From positions 868,001 through 932,000 of the forward strand of contig JAANOX010000205.1 of NCBI GenBank assembly GCA_020184695.1: 64,000 bases of DNA. Reading direction: 5' to 3'. The notes under the pieces were generated by a model. That model searched no databases and had not been told where the DNA came from. It saw only the letters and a list, made by a program, of their open reading frames with translations. The stretch comes from Histomonas meleagridis 2922-C6/04-290x (Eukaryota > Protista > Parabasalia). Position numbers and translations under genes: made by a program. Positions 10,146-20,300 of the stretch are shown here, in pieces (the stretch's first letter is position 1; every line of letters begins with the position of its first letter).

Positions 10146-11153
10146 ATGGAACAAGAAGAAGAAGTCGGCACGCCACAAAATTTACCAACATATAATAAAG
10201 ATCACCATGGCAATGGGGTATTTGTAAATAGTCCTTTGCCTCCATTTTATCCTCCTGCTCGTTTTGAATCTTTTAAATTTTGGACAGATAAAGGAGATGT
10301 AACAGAATCACTTCCAGTTCGTAACCCTACGAATGATTTTGCCAAAAGGGATGTTATCCGTGTTTATTGGCTTGCGCATGCAACATGTTTAATTCAATTT
10401 AACGAAATCTTTATCATTACGGATCCAATGTTTAGCAAATATGCTTCACCTATTCCAGGATTTATAAGGCGTCGAACACCCCCACCTTGCGATATAACTG
10501 ACTTACCACCAATTTCAGTAATTCTTTATTCACATGATCACTATGATCATCTCGATTATTCTTCACTATGTAAACTCCGAGAACGTTTCCCTAAAGTTAA
10601 AATATTTGCACCGATTGGAGTATCAAATCTCATTGAAGGTTGGGGCTTCAAAGATATAACTGCTTTTGATTGGCGTCAATATCTTGTTTATAAAGGCATT
10701 CGATTTACATGTTTCCCGGCTCGTCATGGAACCAATAGAAAAGGTTATGATGGTAACACAAAGCTTTGGTGTTCATGGATGGTAAATACTGACCAAGTTT
10801 CGGTCTACTTCCCTGGTGACACTGCCGTTGGCCCACATTTCCAAGAGATCAAGGAGACAATGGAAAAGCCAATTGATTTGGCATTAATGCCGATAGGGCC
10901 GATAGAGCCGTATGCGATGATGCGCACTGTTCATCTTGATGGAAAGGATGCTTACGAAATGTCACGAATATTGGGCTCAAAGCAACATATTGCAATTCAT
11001 TATGGCACATTTCCACTTGGTATGGATCCAAAGAGACCAGAACTTGATATATTAAGAGAACAATGGACATCAAGCGAAGACTTACATATTCTTAAAGTTG
11101 GAGGATATCTCGAATGGAATGGAACAGAATTTGTAGAACCTGCTGAAAATTAA
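10146..11153 (+). CDS. NAPE-PLD/RomA-like metallo-beta-lactamase fold hydrolase
   Basis: WLAHAT..TDPMFS..ASP, SHDHYDHLD, PARH, YFPGDT, IHYGTFPL. Confidence 0.9.
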   Translation: MEQEEEVGTPQNLPTYNKDHHGNGVFVNSPLPPFYPPARFESFKFWTDKGDVTESLPVRNPTNDFAKRDVIRVYWLAHATCLIQFNEIFIITDPMFSKYASPIPGFIRRRTPPPCDITDLPPISVILYSHDHYDHLDYSSLCKLRERFPKVKIFAPIGVSNLIEGWGFKDITAFDWRQYLVYKGIRFTCFPARHGTNRKGYDGNTKLWCSWMVNTDQVSVYFPGDTAVGPHFQEIKETMEKPIDLALMPIGPIEPYAMMRTVHLDGKDAYEMSRILGSKQHIAIHYGTFPLGMDPKRPELDILREQWTSSEDLHILKVGGYLEWNGTEFVEPAEN

Positions 11154-11470
11154 AAATAGATTTTGATTTAAATTTAGTTATAGTTATATTGTTTATTGAA
11201 AGTTCCGATACAAAAAATGAAAGTAAAATATAATAAAATTTATAGAAGATTATTATCTGGTTTGAATAGTAAGGATCTTCAGATGAAAATGGAAATATCT
11301 TTTTATATATATATTGGAAATCCAACAAGTTTGAATAACATTTTCTCGAGTGTATTTTACCTAATAAATGTTAAATTTTAATAAATTTTTCTGCCCCAAA
11401 CAATTGGTTTCCCATCCGGCGGATTTTTTTTAACCGATATAGGAAACGATGGCAAAGCAGCAGCCTTAGC

Positions 11471-11671
11471 GATGAAGTCTATTTTGATGGGAAACATGTG
11501 TCTGAAGCGTCATAAATACTCGGCACAAAGCAACATCTCCAATTCCACTACACCATATTTACACTTAGTAGCTCTATGGGTACAAAGAGCTTAACGTCCT
11601 TCGTGAGCAATGGGATTCACTCGAGGACAGGCGCATACTCAAATTTTTCATTGTGGAACGGGGCAGACGTC
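11471..11671 (+). pseudogene. Decayed tandem copy of the 3' end of the NAPE-PLD-like gene
   Basis: Translates in three successive frames as VYFDGKHVSEAS*ILGTKQHLQFHY / ELNVLREQWDSLEDRRILK / WNGADV. The parent reads VHLDGKDAYEMSRILGSKQHIAIHY / ELDILREQWTSSEDLHILK / WNGTEF. One stop (11513) and two frameshifts. Confidence 0.85.
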
Positions 11672-11759
11672 CAAAGATAGAGTTACAAATAATAGTTTAT
11701 TTATAGTGCCATGCTCACTTGGACTTAATGCATTATATACAATCAATAAAGTATACACA

Positions 11760-14513
11760 TTAGTCGCTTTCACTCGCTGAGGTGTCGGTTTCGTACTCCG
11801 AGACAACGGTTTCATAGGAACCGCTGCTCGAGTCACTTTTGTTATCGGCTTTACCACTTTTGGTGTTTGTATCGGTTTCGGTTTGAGTTTCGGTATCTGT
11901 TTCAGTGCTTTGTTCGGATTTAACACTTTCGCTGGTGTCGCTACGACTATCGCTTGTCTCTGTGTTTGCTTCGGACTTGTCGCTGGCTTTTTCAGGTGTC
12001 CTTTCTGTTTCGCTTGCTTCGCTTGTTTCAGTTTCAGTGCTTTCATACTTTGCGACTTTTTTGGTTTTGTTTAATTCGGCCGCCTTTTCACTTGCTTTTT
12101 GTTCAACTGCTTTTTCGCTTTCGCTTGTCTCTGTTTCTGTTTCACTGCTTTCATAGTCTGAGATTTTGTTTTCTTTTCCGATCTCATTTAAATTACTTTC
12201 AATATGTTTAATATCTTTTTCGCTTTCACTTGTTTCTGTTTCTGTTTCACTGCTTTCAGACTTCACGACTTTGTCTTCATTGTGTTTGGCTTTCTGTTCA
12301 GTTTTGGCTTCAACTTCATTTTCGCTTTCACTTGTCTCTGTTTCTGTTTCACTGTTTTCAGACTTCACAACTTTGTTGGGCTTCTCACTTTTAGTTTTGA
12401 TTTTATCGTTATCGCTTTCACTTGCATTTGATTTGTTATCATCTTTTTCGATTTCTTTATCGCTTTCACTCGTTTCTGTTTCTGTTTCAGTGCTTGTGCT
12501 GTATTTAGTTTCGATTTTCTCTTCAGCAGTCTCAGCAGTCTTTTTGTTCTTGGTTTCGATTTCTTTATCGCTTTCACTTGTTTCTGTTTCTGTTTCAGTG
12601 CTTGTGCTGTATTTAGTTTCGATTTTCTCTTCAGCAGCTTCAACTGTTTCTTTTTCTTTATCATTTTCATTATCTGTTTTTGTGCTTATAGAATCATTAT
12701 CACTTTCTATAATTTTCTTTGGCTTCTTCTTATTCATTTTAATTTTTACATTTGTTTTCTTTTTCTTTTTACTTTTGATTTCTATTTTCACATGATCACT
12801 TGATTTATTATCTGATTCAGCATCAATTCCTTCTTTATCATTTGTAACATTTTCGACTTCATTTGATTTTTCAGGTATTTTCTTATTCTTCTTATCGTTA
12901 CCTTTTGTAATTTTCTTCGTTTTGTTTCCGTTTTTCTTTCTTTTTGTATGTTTCCTTTTCTTCTTCTTAAGTCCTAAGTCTGGATAATTCGGTGTTTCTG
13001 GTATTTCTTGATACACGGGCAGTATTGAAGATCCTCCAAATATTGGCATTCCAGTCATTTGTATTAATAACTCATAATATTCGGGATCATCTTTTAACAT
13101 ACCTTGAACTTGAGGTTTGAAATCATTGTTAATAAATTTTTCACGAAAGTTATCATCATCAAAACATGACCAAAGTGATGGTGCTCTCGGAATTTTGTTT
13201 CGTTCTTTATGTGTATTAATTACAAAATCACCATAAAGTTGAGAATATGAATGGAAGCCTAAAAATGATAAAAGTTTTTCATTAAATTCAAATTCGTTTG
13301 GATATACATTCATGATTTGAAATGTCGCGTCAAGAAATTGTGGAAATATAGGTGATGCTTCATCAATCTTTGAATGTGGTGCATGACAACAACGAAGATG
13401 AAACATATGTCCGGTATCAATCCAATCTTTTTGGATCAATTCTCGAAATCCTTTAAAGGTACGTGAATATGGATCTAAAAGAATTTGGATTAATGATGAT
13501 ACTTGTGATGTCCGATCCCATCCATCACTACAATGAACTAATACACTAATGTTTTGAAGAAGTTTTTCAGCACCAATTTTCGATGCTGATATAAGTTGTA
13601 AAATTAGGGCACCCCATTTATCGAAGCCTTCTGATTTGAGAAGTTGTTGATAAATCCCTCGAACTTTATGGATGTTTGGAATTCCAAGAAATTCAAATGT
13701 AGAATTGTCATAATTTTCTTCTGACTCATATCCGCCACCAGTAAATTGATTTGCTACAGCATTGATCTTTGGTCGGCAATCAAGAATCGCTAATTTCCTG
13801 CCATCAATTAATGCTGAAATATACTCTTGGTCAGCTTTCGAGGCTTGCTTTAAAAAGCCACTTAGAGGTTGCGATGATCGTAATAATGGACATTTATTTT
13901 CTGGATAAATGTATGTGAGGATTGGAATCCTTTCCCGAGAGCGATACTGAGAACATGTTACTATGGTTTCCTTTTTAATAGATTTCGGAATAAGCATGTA
14001 CTCTGGATATGTAGGTGAAAAATCATTTTTGATTAATTTATATCCTGATTGATTCTTCAAACGTTTCAACCAAGACTTGTCTGTCGACCATTCCTTTTCA
14101 GGGAAATTATATATGTTTTGAAGGTGATGGAAAAGTGCTGATATAAATGTATTTCGAGACGATTTTTTTGAGTCAAATGGTATATCTAAAATAAAACTCG
14201 AAGAAAGATAGAGTGATACTCCATAGAATCCCATTCTTTTTTTACCGCCAGTTTTTTTATAGTCAACAATTGTTTTATAAGGGATCATATAATCTTCGTC
14301 CGATTTGAACTCGTCTTCGTATACAAATCTAAGTGCCCAATTTGTCATAAAAATGTATATTTTTTCGTCATATTTATTAAGAAAGTGATAACAAAAATTT
14401 TTATCTAAAATTTCTCCTTTATAAAGTGTAACATGATCATTAAAAAGCTCCATGTGCTTTTGAATTTTGCGATTTTTTGTTTTTGGCTCGCTATCCGTTG
14501 AGCTTTTCTCCAT
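11760..14513 (-). CDS. Myotubularin-family phosphoinositide 3-phosphatase with long Lys-rich then Ser/Thr/Glu-rich tail
   Basis: Catalytic VHCSDGWDRTSQ, plus YRSRERIP, RSSQP, NAVANQFTGGGYE and PIFPQFLD. Confidence 0.95.
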   Translation of the reverse strand: MEKSSTDSEPKTKNRKIQKHMELFNDHVTLYKGEILDKNFCYHFLNKYDEKIYIFMTNWALRFVYEDEFKSDEDYMIPYKTIVDYKKTGGKKRMGFYGVSLYLSSSFILDIPFDSKKSSRNTFISALFHHLQNIYNFPEKEWSTDKSWLKRLKNQSGYKLIKNDFSPTYPEYMLIPKSIKKETIVTCSQYRSRERIPILTYIYPENKCPLLRSSQPLSGFLKQASKADQEYISALIDGRKLAILDCRPKINAVANQFTGGGYESEENYDNSTFEFLGIPNIHKVRGIYQQLLKSEGFDKWGALILQLISASKIGAEKLLQNISVLVHCSDGWDRTSQVSSLIQILLDPYSRTFKGFRELIQKDWIDTGHMFHLRCCHAPHSKIDEASPIFPQFLDATFQIMNVYPNEFEFNEKLLSFLGFHSYSQLYGDFVINTHKERNKIPRAPSLWSCFDDDNFREKFINNDFKPQVQGMLKDDPEYYELLIQMTGMPIFGGSSILPVYQEIPETPNYPDLGLKKKKRKHTKRKKNGNKTKKITKGNDKKNKKIPEKSNEVENVTNDKEGIDAESDNKSSDHVKIEIKSKKKKKTNVKIKMNKKKPKKIIESDNDSISTKTDNENDKEKETVEAAEEKIETKYSTSTETETETSESDKEIETKNKKTAETAEEKIETKYSTSTETETETSESDKEIEKDDNKSNASESDNDKIKTKSEKPNKVVKSENSETETETSESENEVEAKTEQKAKHNEDKVVKSESSETETETSESEKDIKHIESNLNEIGKENKISDYESSETETETSESEKAVEQKASEKAAELNKTKKVAKYESTETETSEASETERTPEKASDKSEANTETSDSRSDTSESVKSEQSTETDTETQTETDTNTKSGKADNKSDSSSGSYETVVSEYETDTSASESD
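12100..12646 (-). repeat. Coding repeats in the myotubularin tail: ETETETSES motif x5, including two near-identical 108-bp-spaced units
   Basis: atcgctttcact(c/t)gtttctgtttctgtttcagtgcttgtgctgtatttagtttcgattttctcttcagcag starts at 12459 and again at 12567. Confidence 0.9.
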
Positions 14514-14982
14514 CTATGGTTTTCAATTCACTTTTTGGTTCATTCAAAATTTGAATTCGTTGTCTGATGGTTGAAAAAATGATCATGCAGTTTAATGAAT
14601 AACCAATGCATTAGTATCGAATGATACTCAAAATATAATGCGCCTTAAGCATGGCCTTCAAAAAGGAATGGAAATTATTAATGAAATATCCATTTGAAAT
14701 AATCAGATCAGATTAAAAAAAAAATGATCAATATATATATTATTCTTATTATATATAAATATCCAAGAAGATGTTATTTATATATGTTTTAGAAATCTTA
14801 TAATATATGTAGTTATTAAATATTAAATTAAAAAAAAATTTTACGAAAAGGACAAAATTAATTAAATCAAGATTTCAATGGTAAATTAGTTTTTGCGTTT
14901 ATCTTCTTCTTAAAAAGGTCAAAATGGTTTTGATAATATTTTTCTTCAAAACTATTTTTATACCAAAAAAAGTTTATTACAA

Positions 14983-16815
14983 ATGACTTCAAAACCACAA
15001 CAATCACGTAATTCTTGTATATTAAAATCAAAACAATTACCAGTATTTGATAAAATTAGTAAGAGACCTATTTCAGATTCTTCAATATATGAATCACCAA
15101 TTATTGATGATAAACTTAATGAAGAACGTAGTTATTGGCTTACTCAAATTTTAACTGAATACCCACATATACTTGCAATGCGTGAATCATCATTAAAAAT
15201 ATCTGGCGGATTTTCATTTACTCAAATATCACATACACAAACATTCACAGCACAATCAATTCTTGATCGCCATATAATTTTAGAATTAATATATCAATAT
15301 TTACAAGCAATTGGAATGTATCGAACCGCAGAAATACTTTGTAATGAATCAGGTCATCTATTTCAGAAATGTAATCAACCATGGGACAGAACAGATTTAA
15401 GATTACTCGCATCATTAGCAGTAAGTTATCGAGAAGATCCATGGAATGTTCTTCCAGATCAAGGACATCATTGTATTATAGAATATCTTGAAGAAGATTT
15501 TTTTTCTTCACCTTATCGTGAAGATCCTAAATCTATTTGGAATGAATACTTTAATAATGAACTTAATTGTGTTTTTAGTGATGCTGAACATCATGATTAT
15601 CATCATTTAATAGCTGCTTCTTTAAAGCGATTAATTGTTTATCAATGTACATCAAATATACGTCAAATTAATGATGAAGATCAACAATTATTTTTTCTTA
15701 CGATTCATTCTATTACTTCTGCTGAACATTTTCTTAGTCATATTGTTGAATTATTTGATTTTAATTTTGAAGGAACTCAATATACATTGCGAAGAATTGA
15801 TCCACAAATTAAATTAGATATTCGTATGAATATAATAAATTTAATTAAAAAATGGATTAATTATCATGGTTTATTTATAGGTAAAAAAACTATTGGTTTA
15901 ATTAGAAAATTTTTAGCAAGAATATACAATGAACCAGAACATGAAAAAATTGGTGTATATATAATTGCTATACTAAAATCAATGGAAAATATTACATATG
16001 GTTCCAAAAAAGGTACTTCTAATTATGATAAAATTCCAAAGATATCTAATCCGCAAGTTTTATTTAAGCCAAGTTTAACTATACTTGATCCAGATCCTTT
16101 AGAAGTTGCACGACAAATAACATTAATTCATCATAAGAAATATTCATCAATTCATTCATTGGAATTTATTGTTGCGTTAAAATCTAGAAAAGCTACAATT
16201 CAAACTCAAACGTTAAATGACTTTTTACAATTTGGTGAACATATTACAAAACTATTTTTAGAAACATATTTAAATTCAAATAATAAAGATTTTGCTTATG
16301 ATAGAATATATGAAATTATTATGAAATTAAAGAATTTAGGTAACTTAGATGCTATTGCTTGTTTAACTCAATTAATGTTAAGAGAAGACGTATGTTCATT
16401 CTTAAAGAATGTTGAAACGTTAGAAACAAAAAAGAATAAATTACTTGAAATGTGGAAGTATACAGGTGAAAATGATAAAAATGAAACAAAAAAACCTACT
16501 GTTTATGATGAATGTCTGGAAATGAAATTTACAAGTTGGGATCCATGTATACCAAATATGCATGTCGAAATAAAAAGAATCGATAAAAATATGTTAAAGA
16601 AAAGTGATTTCGTTGATGGTTTAATAAATTGGGAAAAGATGAAAAAGCTAGCCGAAAGATGTACTATTTTGTATAGATTCCAAAATATGAGATATAATTA
16701 TTACACAATTCCTCAGATTGAAAATGTAATTTTAAAAGGCTCAAAAATGTCTATAGAAGAATTACTCAACAAACTTCAGGACGAATACTTGTATCGCAAA
16801 GAAAATAATAATTAA
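14983..16815 (+). CDS. LisH + RasGEF (REM/CDC25-like) domain protein
   Basis: LisH-like ILELIYQYLQAIGMYRTAEIL; REM-like NLIKKWINYH; CDC25-like LDPDPLEVARQITL. Confidence 0.75.
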   Translation: MTSKPQQSRNSCILKSKQLPVFDKISKRPISDSSIYESPIIDDKLNEERSYWLTQILTEYPHILAMRESSLKISGGFSFTQISHTQTFTAQSILDRHIILELIYQYLQAIGMYRTAEILCNESGHLFQKCNQPWDRTDLRLLASLAVSYREDPWNVLPDQGHHCIIEYLEEDFFSSPYREDPKSIWNEYFNNELNCVFSDAEHHDYHHLIAASLKRLIVYQCTSNIRQINDEDQQLFFLTIHSITSAEHFLSHIVELFDFNFEGTQYTLRRIDPQIKLDIRMNIINLIKKWINYHGLFIGKKTIGLIRKFLARIYNEPEHEKIGVYIIAILKSMENITYGSKKGTSNYDKIPKISNPQVLFKPSLTILDPDPLEVARQITLIHHKKYSSIHSLEFIVALKSRKATIQTQTLNDFLQFGEHITKLFLETYLNSNNKDFAYDRIYEIIMKLKNLGNLDAIACLTQLMLREDVCSFLKNVETLETKKNKLLEMWKYTGENDKNETKKPTVYDECLEMKFTSWDPCIPNMHVEIKRIDKNMLKKSDFVDGLINWEKMKKLAERCTILYRFQNMRYNYYTIPQIENVILKGSKMSIEELLNKLQDEYLYRKENNN

Positions 16816-17040
16816 AAACTATTTATTCCCTATTATTCTTAATAAAATCGTTTTTTGAACACGAATTTTTTTTGTTTATAACTTATATGTATCTCATTTT
16901 AACGCAAACAATGAATTTCATTAAATTATTTAACATACACAATATAAACATCCAATAACCCAACTTAACATATACCTCCCTCACACACCAAAGAAACCTC
17001 AACAACCACACTCAACATAACAGATCAAGAAAAATGTTAC

Positions 17041-17221
17041 CATTCATCATGCACTATAAGTCATAATAATTCAAAACCAACATACACCACAAACCACATC
17101 AAATCAAAACCATTCATCACACACTATAAATCATAATAATTCAAAACCATTCATCACACACTATAAATCATAATAATTCAAAACCATTCATCATACACTA
17201 TAAATCATAATAATTCAAAAC
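17041..17221. repeat. 37-bp minisatellite: three tandem units (17111-17221) plus one diverged unit (17041-17077)
   Basis: Unit cattcatca(c/t)acactataaatcataataattcaaaac read directly at 17111, 17148 and 17185. Confidence 0.95.
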
Positions 17222-17340
17222 CATAAATCACATACGGTACCACAAATTGTATTAATTATTGATCAATTATGCACACTGTTGACACCAATTCGTTACCTAT
17301 TTCACATCCAAACATTGGCTCATTCATATCATTTACTTAT

Positions 17341-20300
17341 TCAGAGCTCGAGTATTTTCTTCACTGCATCTCTTGTCTTCTGCTTGAACAAGTCCCTCAT
17401 TGCCTCCTTGCCAGGCAAGTACGATCCTTCCCATCTGAACTGTTCGCATATGTCGACTACCTCCTGCATGTCCTGTGCGATGTCCTCCGCCTTACCGAAC
17501 ATGAAGTAGACGTTCGCGAAGTTACCGCTGTTTACGAATTGCTTTGTTGATATGTGCTTTGCTATCTTTACCAATGGAACCATTTTCGCGGCGACTTCCA
17601 TTGCGTCGTTTGCGAAGCACAAACTTGCCTCACTTGAAGCCGCAGCCTCTAACAACAAACAGACGAAGTCCATTTTCATTTCTTCGATAGTTGGCCATGA
17701 CTTTGTTAAGAACAATTCTCTTTTAGAGAACTCTGTTAAAGTTTCAGCGATTTCAATGTTTTCTTTGATTGGTAAATTCATTTGACCATGTGCAGTCATT
17801 AAAGTCTTTAAGTCACATAATCGAATTCGAAGCTTTTCGATAACATTCGCTTTATCCCAAGGTAACATACCTATTTTACCAAGTGGCTTATAACAGAATG
17901 AAGGATATATCGACTTATCAATTAAATCATTAGTATATACATCGATTACTGATTTCATATATGAATGAATTACTCCTTTGTTATGTCGATAAAATGAACG
18001 GAATAAGCCACGAAGATATGAAGGTGGAGAACCGGCTAATAAACGACGAATTGGTTGTGTCTCATCAATATCTGAAGGTGATGTTAATATTACACGGAAA
18101 TAGTCAGGTGACATTTTATATTGTTTTCGAGTTATTCGATAAATTTTCTTTAATTGTTCATCGGTCATAGCTAATGATAAACTTAATTGTATCATTTGAT
18201 ATGAGATTTCATCTTGTTTATTTAATGATGATAATAATGAATCAATGTTTGTTGTACCTAAGATTAATGGTGTACGAATAATTGTTGTGTCTTTAATGGT
18301 TAAAACTTTATGATGATAATTAATAATCGATGGTAAAAGTTTAGTAAGTTTATATTCAGATGATGAATACATTAATGCAGATGAAAATGAATTAAGAATT
18401 CGAATATAAACATCATTCGTAGCTTTAGTTGATAACTTCTGGATAATATTTGTTATTAAGTTTTGTTGATCAACTGGTGATTCAATATCAGATATAATTA
18501 ATGAATCATATTCTGTATATTGATTACGATATATACATATTACATTATATACAAAATACCATTTAACACCACTATTATGAATATAATATTCGATCATATT
18601 TCCTGGTGTTGTATCATAAATACCAATGATATATAATATATTATCAATAAACTCTTTCAAATATTTAGGTACTTCTTCATTTTCATTTGGATGATAATTA
18701 CGTAATAATAATGATGCTGCCATAAATGTATTTTCATCATTTTCATTAATTTTAATTCGTTTAGTCCATTCTTCAATATTAATTTCGATATTATTACGTA
18801 TAGCAAATGATAAGAAACCAATGATAATTCTTAAATCATTAGAATTATTTAATGAAAATTCTTGTAATTTATCTATAGTAATATCTTCTGGTAAAGGTTT
18901 CTTAGAATACCATAAATATGATATTGTTTTATATAACGTTGGTTCTTCATAAGCAATATTTAACCCTTCTTTAATTTCAATATCTTGTTTAAACTTATAA
19001 TTCCTTGGTACAATTGGTCTACTTTCAATAACATTTTGTTGTTGTTGTTCTTCATTAATATTCGTATTAGGATCATTAATTTTATTATATATCAATAAAT
19101 GTTTTTCATCTAATTCATTTGGATTTATATTCTCAGGTAATGAATCAATAAGTCGATAATCTTTAGGATATATTATCCAATCATTAAACTTAAAATGTTC
19201 TTTACATTGTTGTGCCCATTGTTGATGTTTCTCTTCTCTGAAATATAAAAATGTTGGCATTAATGGTAATGGTTGTTCTAATGAAGAAGAATATAACTTT
19301 GCACATTCAGGATCTTCTGCTACAGCTATCATTATATGAGATTTACATAAAAGTAAAGAACTACTTGATCCAAATGAATCATGTGCAGCCTTAGCTATAG
19401 ATGAACAATCAGAATATGATATTTGTGGCTTAAAGAATCCTTCTTGGAATCTTAATGCAAGTGATTTACAATTATTACTTAATGGTGATATTGAATCAAG
19501 TTTATGTAAATCACTACATAAGCTACTCATTAATTTTCCTGCTTGTGATGGGAAGACTTGAACAATTTGTTTAGATACAAACATTAATGTTAAGATATGA
19601 TTCTCATCTAATGATAAATATTTCTTAAGGATTATAATCGAATCAATTAATGACTTAAGAACTTTACCTAAATTAGATTCCGGTATTGAATATGATGTTT
19701 CTTTAAACATTAATCGAATATCCCATTGATTAATTAAATTATTCGATTTATCAAATGATACATGGATTTTGTTTCTACTTAAATCTTTCTTCTTATCAAA
19801 TAATCCCATTTTATTTAAACATGTTAATGTAGTAGATAAAATTGTGTTGTATATTAATGGAGCATTTTCTTCTGCTTTTTCTGTGATCTTTTCAAGTAAT
19901 TGTCCAAGGTTTTGTGGCTTAAATATATTAGCTGTTAATAAATTATTAAGAATTATTAATGGTAATGATGGTAATAATTCAATGTTCAAATAGAAATATT
20001 CACCAAAGAAATCAAATTTAAATATTTGTAATTCAACTTTATACTTCTTAATGATTTCTTTTAAATATTTGTTTTGTTCTTCAGTTCGATAATTATTTAT
20101 AAGATCATAAATGATTCGATCAATGATTGTTGTATATTTATCATTAAATGGTAATGTTGCTAATAATTTTGTTAATAAATAATTGTTTTTAACATTGTTT
20201 GGCAATGGATTTATGATTTTACGAAAGATATATTCGAATTTGTTTTCATCAATTTCTTTAAGAATTTGATAATTTTTAATATAACATTTGATTAATAATG

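Noticed and set aside
11648-12795. Several overlapping ORFs across the myotubularin tail
   Set aside because: Shadow and alternative frames kept open by the low-complexity coding repeat; no independent motifs
17041-17221. CRISPR array (37-bp repeats, one 33-bp gap)
   Set aside because: Three of four units are directly adjacent with no spacers, the repeat is not palindromic, there are no cas genes, and the context is eukaryotic
17269-17550. 93-aa plus-strand ORF antisense to the 3' end of the 1339-aa gene
   Set aside because: Explained by locally high GC and codon bias of the real gene; no homology cue
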